DNA of 64,000 bases from Bacteroidota bacterium (GTDB lineage: Bacteria; Bacteroidota; Bacteroidia; Bacteroidales; JAAUTT01): NCBI GenBank assembly GCA_023429135.1, contig JAEYWD010000094.1, positions 66,402 through 130,401 on the forward strand. The letters run 5' to 3'. Below the pieces are notes generated by a model. That model was not told where the DNA came from and made no database searches. It saw nothing but the letters and a program-made list of their open reading frames with translations. Within the stretch, counting starts at the first letter, position 1; each line of letters opens with the position of its first letter. Shown in pieces: positions 48,356-58,712 of the stretch. Both the position numbers and the translations under genes were made by a program.

Positions 48356-51300
48356 TTAAAAATCAAATTTCAGATTGAATCCTATGTAACGCAACGAAGG
48401 ATCACTAAAGTTCTCTGTACCGCCATCAGGATCGGAATACTTAAAATCCTTGGCCCACAGGAAAATATTTTGACCCACAGCCGAAATGGAAGCGCCTTTG
48501 CTGTGAAATTTGGCACAGATCTTTTTAGGTACAAAATACGTAAGTGAAATTTCTCTGAGTTTGAAAAAGGTTGTGCTGTAAACGTCAACCGGAGATGCAG
48601 CGCCTCCCCATGCTGTACCTTTATGCAGGTTCTCTATATACGATTTATAGGTAACGGGCACGCTGTTAGGAGCATAAACCCTGGTATCGCTGGTAATGTT
48701 TCCATAAGTATCGTATGTTGCTGTACCTGAAACAACCTGAACCCCTTTGCCAATATAATTTTTGGTGCCAGGCTGGGTGGCATCCAGGTATCGTTCCGGC
48801 ACCACAGAGTTAGGATGAGATCCGGCACGCCACATATACATTTCAGTAATTGTTTGGGTCAATCCGCCAACACGGCCATCGGCAGATACATTCAGCATCA
48901 GGTTTTTGAATTTCAACGACGAGCTTAAACCCCATATCCAGTCCGGATCGGAATATCCGTATCTTGAATCGTACGCCATGTACAAGGGTAATCCGTTATT
49001 ATAGATTATGTTACCCTGAGGGTCTTTCTGGTAATCGCGCAGTACATAAGCATCGGCTCTTTCACCTTCTTTTACCCAGGGCTTATCGGCCGAATATACC
49101 GAATCGAGTTGAGTATAATACCTGGCATATTTCGACCAGTTTACCGAAATGTCCCAATTCCAGTCCTTCGATCGTACCGGCACCACCGTTGCAGAAATTT
49201 CGGCACCCTTGCGTGTAATCTCCTCATCTATATTAATGTAATTGCTTGTATATCCTGATGCAGGACTAATACCTGCCGATTTTAAAAAGTCGTACATCCT
49301 TTTGTTGTAATAAGCAACATCAATGGATACCCTGTTCTGATACAGGTTAATCATGGTACCAACTTCGAAAGTTGAAGATGATTCAGGCAGTACATCAGTT
49401 CCCCGGATAACAGTAGGGTAAGTTGCCGAACTCAGAGTACCCCAGACATTGTTTGTAATGGAAAAAACTGAATTGATATCGTATATTCCGGCAGGCATCT
49501 TAACAGAAACCCAGGACCCTCTTAACTTCCATAAAGAAAGCCATTCCATTTTAGGGAGTAATTCCGAGACAACAAAGCTTCCCGATAATGAAGGATAAAT
49601 GTAGGAGCGAGTTGATTCGGGCAAAGTAGAAACCCAGTCGTTACGCAAAGTACCTTCGGCAAAAACCATATTTTTCCACGATACCCCCATACGTCCGTAA
49701 ACACTGTTCACCTGCCTTTTATATATATTTGAGGCAACATTCAAAGGGTCGACTGAAGCTTTTAACGAATAAAAAGCTGGTACCGAAAGCCCTCCTTTTG
49801 TTCTTGTTTCAATTCCTTCGTCCTGGCCGAAGTAAACAGCTCCCCCAATGAATCCTTCAAGAATAAAATCGCTTAACTTTTGATTGGCCGATAATATAAA
49901 ATCGTTATTGATACTGTAGCCTCTGCTTAAACCAAGATTATAGGACCCTTTTTGCGACTCTCCCCATATTTGTGTACCATTAGGAATTACTACTGCACTT
50001 CCGGCTCCCTGAAATGAACCCTTGGAGATTTTGACTTCCTGCCTGTCGCTATAAGTATCGTAACCAGTCCTTAAAGTTGCTTTTAACCAGGATGCAAATT
50101 CATAATCCAAAGATATTGTACCATTTAGAATATCTTTATTTACACTGTGAGTTCTCTGGTACCGGTCGAAATAGGGATTGTTATTACCGGCAGTATAACT
50201 GGAATTCTGAACTTCGTTCGGAACCAGCCAGTAATCCTTGTATTGCCTGATGTCCCAATCCGGAGCCGACCAAATCAGCAGTGAATACATAGGATCGTAA
50301 CCAGTATATCCGTTAAATCCTTTATGAGGTGAAAAATGTTTGTTATATGCCATACTGGACGACAGCGTAAACTTGTTAATTTTTATATCGCCACCTATGC
50401 TATAAGTTATTTTATCGAAAATTGAGTTAGGGTATTGACCTTTGTTTTCGACCCATGTGACTGAGGCGCGTAAACTGCCGAATTCACCTTGCTGTACGGC
50501 GCTAACATTGTTGTTTAAAACAAACCCCTGTTCCAGAAAATTTTTGAAATTATCTTTTCCAATAGGTAGATAAGGCATCGCTTTTAGCGACTTTGAGACA
50601 GGATCCCATTGAATAACTTCCCGCCCGTCGAGCGGAATACCCCAAGCCCCATCGGCAGAACGTGCATAAGTATTGGTAGCGGTATTAACAACACGGCCAT
50701 AGGTCGACTGCATTTCGGGAATGGCAAGATATCCGGCAGCAAACATAGTACTGCTGTTCAATGAAACCGACAATCCTTTACTGGCAGTACCTTTACGCGT
50801 GGTGACCATAATTGCACCGCTGGCTCCCCGGTAGCCATAAAGTGCAGATGCGGTGGCTCCTTTCAAAACACTGATGTTCTCAATATCATCCGATGGGATA
50901 TCGCGTAAACTCATATTACCGTACGGAACACCATCAATAACCAATAAAGGGTTCTCTCCCCTGATCTGAATGCTCGGTTCTGAAGTAAACTCAGTACTGT
51001 TTTTAACCATAAGACCGGAGACCTTTCCGGTTAACGATGTAGCTACATCCACACCTTTCACTGTTGTTAAATTGTCTCCTGTAACTTTTTGAACAGAGTA
51101 TCCAAGAGCCTTTTCACTTCTTTTGATGCCCAACGCCGTAACAACTACTTCATCGAGTGTTTTAATTTCGGGAACTAACCGAATATTAATATTTGCCTGA
51201 TTAGCAATTATTCTTTCACTAACGTACCCGATAAAAGAAACCAGCAATACTGATTTATTGTCGGGTACATCAATTGAATATTTGCCATTCACGTCCGAAA

Positions 51301-51703
51301 TAACACCCGTTGTTGTTCCTTCTAATACGATATTGGCTCCGATAATTGGCTCACCTGTTGCAGCATCGGTAATTATACCCGATACTTTTTGTTGCTGGAG
51401 TGTATAAGGGGAAATAACAACAATGTTATTTTCGAGGACCATATACGATGCCGAGGTTTGTTCAAGCAGCATCTTCATAATTTCCTTCAGGGAGGAATTC
51501 TTAACATTAAATGAAACCATCTTGTCAAGAATCTTAAAATCGTCGGAATAGAAGAAGCGGTAAGATGATTTACTTTCAACCATTTTTAATACTTCTTTAA
51601 CGGATACCTCTTCAGCCAGAATATCCATTTTGATATCCTGAGAGTAAAGCGAAGCAGATACTTGCAAGGTGGTTAACAGTATTAGCAGAAATGATAGTTT
51701 CAT
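48356..51703 (-). CDS. susC: SusC/RagA family TonB-linked outer-membrane transporter with N-terminal STN signalling domain
   Basis: The preferred start is the ATG at 51703 ('MKLSFLLILLTTLQVSASLYSQ'); the track's alternative is 51769. The domain order is STN-like ('VSVKEVLKMVESKSSYRFFYSDD...NNIVVISP'), CarboxypepD_reg ('VSGIITDAATGEPIIGANIVLEGTT'), a plug ('VVVTALGIKRSEKALGYS') and a barrel ending 'IGFNLKFDF'. Confidence 0.9.
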   Translation of the reverse strand: MKLSFLLILLTTLQVSASLYSQDIKMDILAEEVSVKEVLKMVESKSSYRFFYSDDFKILDKMVSFNVKNSSLKEIMKMLLEQTSASYMVLENNIVVISPYTLQQQKVSGIITDAATGEPIIGANIVLEGTTTGVISDVNGKYSIDVPDNKSVLLVSFIGYVSERIIANQANINIRLVPEIKTLDEVVVTALGIKRSEKALGYSVQKVTGDNLTTVKGVDVATSLTGKVSGLMVKNSTEFTSEPSIQIRGENPLLVIDGVPYGNMSLRDIPSDDIENISVLKGATASALYGYRGASGAIMVTTRKGTASKGLSVSLNSSTMFAAGYLAIPEMQSTYGRVVNTATNTYARSADGAWGIPLDGREVIQWDPVSKSLKAMPYLPIGKDNFKNFLEQGFVLNNNVSAVQQGEFGSLRASVTWVENKGQYPNSIFDKITYSIGGDIKINKFTLSSSMAYNKHFSPHKGFNGYTGYDPMYSLLIWSAPDWDIRQYKDYWLVPNEVQNSSYTAGNNNPYFDRYQRTHSVNKDILNGTISLDYEFASWLKATLRTGYDTYSDRQEVKISKGSFQGAGSAVVIPNGTQIWGESQKGSYNLGLSRGYSINNDFILSANQKLSDFILEGFIGGAVYFGQDEGIETRTKGGLSVPAFYSLKASVDPLNVASNIYKRQVNSVYGRMGVSWKNMVFAEGTLRNDWVSTLPESTRSYIYPSLSGSFVVSELLPKMEWLSLWKLRGSWVSVKMPAGIYDINSVFSITNNVWGTLSSATYPTVIRGTDVLPESSSTFEVGTMINLYQNRVSIDVAYYNKRMYDFLKSAGISPASGYTSNYINIDEEITRKGAEISATVVPVRSKDWNWDISVNWSKYARYYTQLDSVYSADKPWVKEGERADAYVLRDYQKDPQGNIIYNNGLPLYMAYDSRYGYSDPDWIWGLSSSLKFKNLMLNVSADGRVGGLTQTITEMYMWRAGSHPNSVVPERYLDATQPGTKNYIGKGVQVVSGTATYDTYGNITSDTRVYAPNSVPVTYKSYIENLHKGTAWGGAASPVDVYSTTFFKLREISLTYFVPKKICAKFHSKGASISAVGQNIFLWAKDFKYSDPDGGTENFSDPSLRYIGFNLKFDF

Positions 51704-51928
51704 AGTCAGGATTAAATATTTCAATCCTACAGGTATACAAATAGGATTACAATTACGATTTATTTTCATAATTTTACGTCAGTTTAGTTATTTAAATAAT
51801 TGAACATGAACCCCCATTCCACGGGGTTTCTCAACGGAAACGAATTGGGCCGCAATCCCGATTCGTTTTTTTATTTTTAGTATTATGTGACCATAGGCGT
51901 TTGTTTTTAGGTTATTAAAGAGTATATG

Positions 51929-53035
51929 TTATTGATAAAATCTCATTAGTAAGTTATTATCCTGCTCAATATTGATGATCCCTTTCTCAATTTTATATTT
52001 TAACGGGATAGTATGTCGCATAATTACCATAACCTGTTCAATGGTTTCATTTTCTATAGAGCCAGAAAAATGGAATTTCTTTATTGAATCGGAAGCAAAT
52101 TGAATTTTAATATTATACCTTCGTTCCAGATCACGGGCCAGATCTCCAAGTTTTTGTTTTTCTATAACCCATCGACTGTCTTTCCATGATGTAAAAAGTT
52201 CAGTTTTTACCTGTTCGGTTTTTGTAACCGGGGCAGATATATCATTAGCTTCAGGTAACTTTTCTTCAATTTTGTCGTCGGCACTATTTTTTTTCTGGAC
52301 GGTTCCGGTATTATCTTCCTTTTTATAATAAGTCACCGTTTCCTTGGGTTTCATTTCAACCATAAATTCTCTGTCACGACTGTCTTTTCCTTCGATCACC
52401 ACTTTCCCTTTTTCCAGGGTGGTTACAATGGAGGCATCTTCAGGATAAGCCTTTACATTAAATTTAGTTCCCAAAGCCTTTATGTTAATTTTTCCGGTTT
52501 TAACCACAAATGGTTTTGAAGGATTGGTAACAACGTTGAAATACGCCTCCCCGGTAAGTTTCACTTCCCTGCTTTCAGCATTATAGCTTTCATCGTAAAC
52601 AAGTTTACTTCCACTATTTAGCCATACTTTGGTACCATCAGGTAATGTGGCGACAGCCCTTGAACCAAGAGTAGCCTCAAACGCAACTGTAGCAGGAGAA
52701 AGCTTATTTGATTCAGATAACTGATTATACAAAACAACTCCTGAGATTACTGCTAACAAAAGGACTGCAGCAACTTTTAATGTCAGATTCAAAACATTGC
52801 GTTTAACACCCTTGCTTTTGAGTTCTCTTCCTTTCCCGTTTTGTGAATTTGCTTCCAAAGTTAATGGAGAAATTTGGGAGGAAGCTAACCAGATAGTACG
52901 TATAGAATTGAAATAAGAAAGATTTTCGGTGGATTCAGCCAACCATTCCGAAAGATGTTCGCTTTCAAGAGGTGTTGTTTCGCCCGCTAAAAACCGGATA
53001 ATCAGGTCTTCTTTATCAAACGGCAAATTTTTCAC
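51929..53035 (-). CDS. FecR family anti-sigma factor
   Basis: 368 aa with one TM ('LKVAAVLLLAVISGVVLY'), the FecR domain ('EVKLTGEAYFNV') and a C-terminal signalling domain. Confidence 0.85.
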   Translation of the reverse strand: MKNLPFDKEDLIIRFLAGETTPLESEHLSEWLAESTENLSYFNSIRTIWLASSQISPLTLEANSQNGKGRELKSKGVKRNVLNLTLKVAAVLLLAVISGVVLYNQLSESNKLSPATVAFEATLGSRAVATLPDGTKVWLNSGSKLVYDESYNAESREVKLTGEAYFNVVTNPSKPFVVKTGKINIKALGTKFNVKAYPEDASIVTTLEKGKVVIEGKDSRDREFMVEMKPKETVTYYKKEDNTGTVQKKNSADDKIEEKLPEANDISAPVTKTEQVKTELFTSWKDSRWVIEKQKLGDLARDLERRYNIKIQFASDSIKKFHFSGSIENETIEQVMVIMRHTIPLKYKIEKGIINIEQDNNLLMRFYQ

Positions 53036-53106
53036 AGTTAAAAAAGTAATTATTTTTAACTATGACGTAAAACAAATATCAACGGTCTACAAGGATGGTT
53101 GAAATT

Positions 53107-53679
53107 TCATAAATATTTTTTTAATTCTTCCTGCAACTTATGAATTGCTCTTACCATTTGGGTTTTCACCGTACTTAGCGACAAAGAGAGCTTTTCGGAT
53201 ATTTGCGGATAACTAAGCTGTCCGAACCGGCTCAAAATAAATATTTCTTTGCACTGGGGAGGCAGGTGATCAATAGCCTGCTTTATCCTGGTTTCAAGAT
53301 CATCAGAAAAATAAAAATCAAAGAAATGATTGTCCTCTGTTATTTCAAATATTTTTAACCGAAACTTAGAGTCGTCATACGAAATTGCCTGGATATCTTC
53401 TCTGGCTTTGTTATTTCGTAGAAAATCAATACATGCATTGTGGACCGAACGATAGAGAAAGGATTTTAATGAAGTGGTAATATTTAAATTTTCACGCATA
53501 TTCCATAATTTTAATAATACTTCCTGAACAGTATCCTGAGCATGTCCGGTATCATTAATTATGCTTTTGGCGTAAATTGTCAAGGGTTGAAAATATAAGC
53601 GGATTAACATGCTAAAAGATCGTTGATCTCCAGCAATCAGGCCTCTTATAATTTCAATATCCCCGTGTTCCATTACCAA
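53107..53679 (-). CDS. ECF-type RNA polymerase sigma-70 family factor
   Basis: 190 aa. Region 2 ('DTVQEVLLKLW') is followed by a region 4 HTH ('CKEIFILSRFGQLSYPQISEKLSLSLSTVKTQMVRAIHKL'). Confidence 0.85.
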   Translation of the reverse strand: MVMEHGDIEIIRGLIAGDQRSFSMLIRLYFQPLTIYAKSIINDTGHAQDTVQEVLLKLWNMRENLNITTSLKSFLYRSVHNACIDFLRNNKAREDIQAISYDDSKFRLKIFEITEDNHFFDFYFSDDLETRIKQAIDHLPPQCKEIFILSRFGQLSYPQISEKLSLSLSTVKTQMVRAIHKLQEELKKYL

Positions 53680-53950
53680 CGCAGTCCATTAATATAAGTT
53701 TCTGAACACACTTTAGTTATTTTCGTAAGGGTGTATGTTCAACGTCTCTTATCCATTTCGAAGGAAAACAGAATTTAATCTCCTTTCATTCATATTTTCG
53801 ATAAGTTTTTCCGTAAATATATGATTTTTCATCCCTGTTAAATATGATTAATCAATAAAATGGGAAAGATCAGTCGTAATTCGGAAATTTGAATAAAAAT
53901 CTTCAAAATTTTTAAAGCCTTTAATAAATTTGTAATCTTAATGTGGTGTA

Positions 53951-54640
53951 ATGACAACCCTGGCCGAAAGAATCATAGCTTTTAACAAGACGCTTGAATT
54001 TACAGGCAGTCTGCCCGAGGGCATAAAAATTCTCAACCCCTTCCGCGACAATGAATATGCGCTGGAGCTGTCATCGGAGTTTTACAGGAAATATTACAAT
54101 GACAATAATCCCCGGTACTTAATCCTGGGCATCAATCCCGGCCGCTTTGGGGCCGGTCTCACCGGAGTTCCCTTTACCGATCCTAAACGACTTGAGGCAA
54201 ACTGTGGCATTTCAAATCGCGGACTAAAAGCACACGAGCCTTCATCAGTATTTATTTACGATATGATTAAAGCTTTTGGCGGAGAAGAAAAGTTTTATGG
54301 CAAATTCTACATACATTCCATTTGTCCGCTGGGTTTTACCTCAACCAACAGCAAAGGCCGGGATGTAAATTATAATTATTACGACAATCCGGAGCTATTA
54401 AAATCGGTTTACAACTTTATCATATGGAATATCAAAACCCAGATTAATATGGGTGTATTTACCAATGTTTGCTTCTTTTTCGGAACGGGCAAAAACCAGC
54501 AGTTTTTACAAAAGTTAAATAAAGAATTTCATTTTTTTGGAGAATTGGTCGCCCTTGAACATCCGCGGTTTATTATGCAGTACAAGGCGAAGGAGAAGGA
54601 GGAATATATACGGAAGTATATTGAAATATTAAATTTTTAA
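53951..54640 (+). CDS. uracil-DNA glycosylase superfamily protein (SMUG2-like)
   Basis: 229 aa. 'YLILGINPGRFGAGLTGVPFTDP' matches UDG motif 1 (GxNPG) and 'LEHPRFIMQ' matches motif 2 (HPS/R). The sub-family call rests on memory of the Bacteroidota SMUG2 group. Confidence 0.55.
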   Translation: MTTLAERIIAFNKTLEFTGSLPEGIKILNPFRDNEYALELSSEFYRKYYNDNNPRYLILGINPGRFGAGLTGVPFTDPKRLEANCGISNRGLKAHEPSSVFIYDMIKAFGGEEKFYGKFYIHSICPLGFTSTNSKGRDVNYNYYDNPELLKSVYNFIIWNIKTQINMGVFTNVCFFFGTGKNQQFLQKLNKEFHFFGELVALEHPRFIMQYKAKEKEEYIRKYIEILNF

Positions 54641-54672
54641 TTAGAGGGAGTTCACTACCTCCCCCTACAAAA

Positions 54673-55320
54673 TTATTTCCCTTTCAGAAATCCCACACTG
54701 AAATCCGATTTTCCAAGAAAGATCACATCTCCCGCATCGCCCATTACCTCGTCCACAAGACCAAATTCGCGGGCTTCCTCAGCATTCATGTATTTGTCGC
54801 GCAAAAAATATTCTTCAATTTCCTTCCAGGTGTGCCCTGATTGTTTCCCCATAATGTGAAATATCTGGGTTTGCAGTCGCTCCTGCTCGCGGGTGGCAAT
54901 GCGTACATCTTCTGTATATCCCTGTGATCCGCCTCCTGTAGGATGCATGTGAATGGTAGCATGCGGCAGTGCAAAACGTTTTCCCTTCTCGCCCGAACTC
55001 AGCAGAAATGTCCCCATGCTGCCGGTAAACCCAACAGCGTAAGTCGATACCGGAGCCGACAGCATTTTCATGGTGTCGTAAATGGCCAGTCCGGCATAAA
55101 CCACACCGCCCGGACTGTGGATATACAAATGAATGGGTTGTTTGGGGCTAACACTGTTCAGGTAAAGCAGTTGTGCCACTACCAGGTTTGCCACTGTGTC
55201 GTTAATAGGACCACCGAGAAAGATGATCCGCTCTTTCAGCAGCAAACTGTAGATGTCGTATGCACGCTCTCCGCCACCGGAGCTATCGATTACCATTGGT
55301 ACTAAGCTTGAATGTATCAT
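54673..55320 (-). CDS. clpP: ATP-dependent Clp protease proteolytic subunit (divergent, orphan copy)
   Basis: 215 aa containing '[38 protein letters not shown]'. The catalytic Ser is in '[11 protein letters not shown]', the His in 'IHMHP' and the Asp in 'FLRDKYM'. No clpX or tig neighbour is present. Confidence 0.8.
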   Translation of the reverse strand: MIHSSLVPMVIDSSGGGERAYDIYSLLLKERIIFLGGPINDTVANLVVAQLLYLNSVSPKQPIHLYIHSPGGVVYAGLAIYDTMKMLSAPVSTYAVGFTGSMGTFLLSSGEKGKRFALPHATIHMHPTGGGSQGYTEDVRIATREQERLQTQIFHIMGKQSGHTWKEIEEYFLRDKYMNAEEAREFGLVDEVMGDAGDVIFLGKSDFSVGFLKGK

Positions 55321-55466
55321 ATTGTGTTTATTTAGAGTTTAGACAATAAGGTGTTAGGCTATAGCGGTTCAGGCTATAGGAGAGTCTGTAATTGATGTCA
55401 TATAATTGGGAATGAATAAATTTCTTTGCGAGCTTTACATTTTCTTTACGCCCTCTGCTTATCTAA

Positions 55467-55739
55467 TTAGTATTTTCCGAATATCTCCATCATCCTTCTT
55501 CGAAAATCTTTCTTATCAGGATTATTGAACAGTTGCTGATGCAAGCTCTCCAATTCCTCTTTCATTTTTTTACGGTGGTATATCTTCACAAGCCAATAGG
55601 TTTTCTTTTGAAGTTCTACATCGCTCCGTAGACCGGTGTTGACTTTCAATCGTGAAGCGAAAAGCATCCGGTTCCAGGGACTAAGCTTTCCGGCAAGATA
55701 TTGCTCAATAGTTTGAGTATCATTCAACGAAGTCTTCAT
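55467..55739 (-). CDS. small hypothetical protein, possible cognate partner of the upstream sigma factor
   Basis: 90 aa. Its start overlaps the sigma-factor gene by 20 nt. 'IEQYLAGKLSP' resembles the N-termini of small anti-sigma-like proteins in Bacteroidota. The function is an inference. Confidence 0.45.
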   Translation of the reverse strand: MKTSLNDTQTIEQYLAGKLSPWNRMLFASRLKVNTGLRSDVELQKKTYWLVKIYHRKKMKEELESLHQQLFNNPDKKDFRRRMMEIFGKY

Positions 55740-56268
55740 AAGCCAGCGATTTTTGTTTTACAATTTCCCTTACTTTTTCGAGACATTTATACTTTTGCAC
55801 ACTTGCCGAGTGCTCGTTTGCAAATCCCAATGACTTTACAATTGTTCTGATACGCTGCTGCTGATAGTAAAAAGCGCGTAACAGATCCAGACACCTCTTG
55901 CCGGCACGTTCCAGATACATCAGCAGTTTTTGAGTCTTTACAGGCACTTCGTAATCCTCGGGAATGCAAATTTGCAGTTCTGTTGCCGATAGAGAAACCA
56001 TTTCTGCTCCCACTCTGAATTTACGCATCCAGAGATGTTTTGCAATGCCAAGAATGTAGCCATTGCGGTTTAACAGATGTTCCCGTTGGTTCATTTCCAT
56101 GTAAATAACGAGGGCATCGTGAAATATATCTTTAGCGTCGTCGAGGTCTCCTCCCATTTTCTGAACAAACCGGGCCACCACCGGAAAGCACTGCTCGTAC
56201 AAAGCTTCCATACTGCTGCTGAAAGCCATTGTCTCCTTTCCTGTTTTTTTAATCTCCAGCGTTTCCAT
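55720..56268 (-). CDS. sigma-70 family (ECF-like) RNA polymerase sigma factor
   Basis: 182 aa. Region 2 ('DAKDIFHDALVIYME') is followed by region 4 ('CLDLLRAFYYQQQRIRTIVKSLGFANEHSASVQKYKCLEKVR'). Confidence 0.7.
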   Translation of the reverse strand: METLEIKKTGKETMAFSSSMEALYEQCFPVVARFVQKMGGDLDDAKDIFHDALVIYMEMNQREHLLNRNGYILGIAKHLWMRKFRVGAEMVSLSATELQICIPEDYEVPVKTQKLLMYLERAGKRCLDLLRAFYYQQQRIRTIVKSLGFANEHSASVQKYKCLEKVREIVKQKSLAYEDFVE

Positions 56269-56445
56269 AATCGTCCTTTTTAATATGTGCCGGCAAGCAT
56301 TAAAATATCACCAATAAAAACATATTTTTTTCAAAATTAGTTTAAAATAGTTTTCCGGTTAGCATCTTACCAATAGAACAATCCCTTGTTGAAAATTTTA
56401 ATTTTTATAATTTAGCACCATTTGGCAACGACATACATTCTTAGC

Positions 56446-57111
56446 ATGAAACAACTGTTCCTGTTCTTTCTCATTTTTCTAGCCACTACAGCTTTCTCCC
56501 AGAACTGGAAAGAATACATTATCGACGATAATCTCACACTTACTTTCCCCGAAAATTACACCATTACCGATACTATGAACCAGAAAGTAATTATGGCTCA
56601 GCTTGATTATGGACTGGTAATGGTTACTGCTATGGAAAACAAAGGGGAATATGAAATAGCTGTAACCGATGAGAACGATCTTAGAGATGAATACAAAGGG
56701 CTCCGTAAAGGAATGCTCCGGTCGGCAAAGGGGAAATTAATAGTCGAAGGACCGTTAAAAAAGGACGGACTGTTATTCTGGAATTTCTCATATTCCGCCC
56801 GAATGGGCGAAGCTAAGCAGAGCCGCTATTGCCGGATCCTGCTGTTGAATAAACATATCTATACAATCAATTTCTGGGAAGTGAACGACAAATCGGGCGA
56901 AATGGCTCCGCTACGCGAAAAGTTTTTTTTGTCGGTTGTGGTTCCGAAAGGGATTGGATTGCAAAATCAATTGAATGTGATCGATGAGAAAACCGCCTCC
57001 GATCGCGTGGGCAAACTGATCAGCAATTTAGCAGTTAAGCTGCTATTCGGAACCATCGTAATTTTACTGGTAGTTTGGGTTTGGCGAAAGGTCAAAAAAC
57101 AAGCAAAATAA
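56446..57111 (+). CDS. hypothetical protein with N-terminal signal and C-terminal TM anchor
   Basis: The start is set at the ATG at 56446 ('MKQLFLFFLIFLATTAFSQ'). The C-terminus is 'LLFGTIVILLVVWVW' followed by a basic tail. Confidence 0.5.
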   Translation: MKQLFLFFLIFLATTAFSQNWKEYIIDDNLTLTFPENYTITDTMNQKVIMAQLDYGLVMVTAMENKGEYEIAVTDENDLRDEYKGLRKGMLRSAKGKLIVEGPLKKDGLLFWNFSYSARMGEAKQSRYCRILLLNKHIYTINFWEVNDKSGEMAPLREKFFLSVVVPKGIGLQNQLNVIDEKTASDRVGKLISNLAVKLLFGTIVILLVVWVWRKVKKQAK

Positions 57112-57318
57112 ATTATAACCCCTCGGGAAGACTACTGAACTTCATTTCCTTGCTCATGAATTTTAAAGGATGAGTTCAAAATCATTTATTGAAATTTTGT
57201 TCGTAAGTGCCACAACCGGACGTGAAGTTTCCTAAAAGTATTGAAATCCCTTTTTATCGAGAGTAATTTTATAGAATAAAAGTCGGTCTTTAGGTCATCA
57301 ATTTCCAAAACCTATTTT

Positions 57319-57741
57319 ATGAAAACTAAAATTCTATTTGTTACTTTTCTGTTGGCTGCATTTGCATGTGGCATAACTGCCCAAAGCCTTCAAAAAGGAA
57401 ATTTGGTTGGAGCGCACACTATGAAACTCACATTAAAGCCTGGTGTAACCGAAAAACAGTTCATCGACTTTTTTAACGAAAAATACAAACCGGCCTTTAA
57501 CAAAGCTATACCCGAATGGCAGGTATTCCTGGTAAAAAGCATCAGGGGAGAAGTTCCCAAAGATACCTATGGATTAATTTATGTAATTAAATCGGTTCAG
57601 GACCGTGATAAATTTTATAATACTGACGGTACTGAATCATCATTTGGAAAAACTGTAAGGGAGAAGCTTAAACCCATTTTCGAGGAGTTTGACAAGATTT
57701 GTACTTTTGAAACAGTTTATACTGATTGGGAAGTATTATAA
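57319..57741 (+). CDS. small secreted hypothetical protein
   Basis: 140 aa with the signal 'MKTKILFVTFLLAAFACGITAQ'. A hairpin, CCCGGA-N8-TCCGGG at 57768..57787, follows the stop. Confidence 0.5.
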   Translation: MKTKILFVTFLLAAFACGITAQSLQKGNLVGAHTMKLTLKPGVTEKQFIDFFNEKYKPAFNKAIPEWQVFLVKSIRGEVPKDTYGLIYVIKSVQDRDKFYNTDGTESSFGKTVREKLKPIFEEFDKICTFETVYTDWEVL

Positions 57742-57947
57742 TTGTTGCTGTAAGTTGTTTTTAGGAGCCCGGAGGATTTCTTCCGGGTTTCTTGTCCGAT
57801 GTTTCCACCAGGAGTATTTAATAACCTTAAGAATGCCATTTTAACCCTGGAAATATCAGGATGCATAATTTGCGAAAAATTTAGGATAGTTTTGAACAAA
57901 ATATTTCATAATTGGTTTACAACAAACCAATATTAACCCCAACCAAA

Positions 57948-58712
57948 ATGAGCCTCAGTTACCTTGAATTTATCAAGCAACATTCTCTGGATGCCCGAAT
58001 TGGCATTAACCCGGAGATTGGACAATTTGTGCTCGACAACAAAGTGAAAACCCTTTTTGGATACTTCCCTTTTGGGTATTATCTGTTAGATTACCATACC
58101 CAGAAATTCGAATTCATAAACAATTCGGAATCACTGCTTGGATACACCATGGACTACTTCCTATTGGGAGGCTTGCCTGCATCCCTTAAAAATTTTCATC
58201 CCGACGACTTTGTAATCTTCTCGGAAAAATTGTTTCCCGATATTATTAAGTTTTTTTCCGAATTAAGGTCCGACGACAGGGACTACTACCGTGTAACGTA
58301 TAATTACCGGTATAAAAAGAAGGATAGAACCTATATCCACCTGCAGCAACATTCAACTTTTACCGATTTTAACCTGTTAAATCTCCCGACCCGGAATTTT
58401 GCTTTAATAAATGACATTTCGGCCTGCAAGCGCGATAACGCGCTGGTGCTTACCATTACCCGTGTTAAGGAAGGAAAGGAAATGTTAGTTTTACAAAAAC
58501 GGTTTAACCACGAAAAACCTTCGATTTTCACTGACCGCGAAAAAGAAATTCTGGATTTAGCAATGAAAGGTTACACCGGAAAGGAAATAGCCGGCAAATT
58601 GTTTATTAGCCTCAACACTGTACGAAACCACAAACAAAACATGATGGAAAAAACCAACACCCCTAACATTGCAAGCCTGATAGATTACGCTTTTAAAAGC
58701 GAAGTAGTTTAA
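57948..58712 (+). CDS. LuxR-family transcriptional regulator with N-terminal PAS-like sensor domain
   Basis: The ATG at 57948 is preferred over the TTG at 57912. The C-terminal LuxR HTH is 'FTDREKEILDLAMKGYTGKEIAGKLFISLNTVRNHKQNMMEKT'. The N-terminal roughly 190 aa has the size of a PAS/GAF-type sensor. Confidence 0.7.
   Translation: MSLSYLEFIKQHSLDARIGINPEIGQFVLDNKVKTLFGYFPFGYYLLDYHTQKFEFINNSESLLGYTMDYFLLGGLPASLKNFHPDDFVIFSEKLFPDIIKFFSELRSDDRDYYRVTYNYRYKKKDRTYIHLQQHSTFTDFNLLNLPTRNFALINDISACKRDNALVLTITRVKEGKEMLVLQKRFNHEKPSIFTDREKEILDLAMKGYTGKEIAGKLFISLNTVRNHKQNMMEKTNTPNIASLIDYAFKSEVV

Noticed and set aside
47758-48547. The + strand ORFs 47758..48309 (183 aa) and 48191..48547 (118 aa).
   Set aside because: They are antisense to the SusD-like gene and to the SusC 3' end. 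Their Phe/Ile/Cys-rich translations are typical of reverse reading of AT-rich coding DNA.
51781-51890. A hairpin with a T-run (AACGAAT-N14-ATTCGTT followed by TTTTTTT, around 51836..51870) between the FecR gene and SusC of PUL 2, considered as a terminator or attenuator.
   Set aside because: The T-run follows the hairpin only on the + strand, whereas both flanking genes are transcribed on the minus strand. In that direction it would not act as a canonical intrinsic terminator. Its significance is unclear, so I do not call it.
56446-57741. Possibility that one of the two small genes upstream of the polyprotease is a gasdermin-like pore-forming substrate.
   Set aside because: Both products begin with classical signal peptides, and one ends in a TM anchor, so they are exported or membrane-anchored. 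Bacterial gasdermins are leaderless cytosolic proteins of about 240-300 aa. Nothing in the sequences resembles one. A substrate, if any, would have to lie beyond base 64000.
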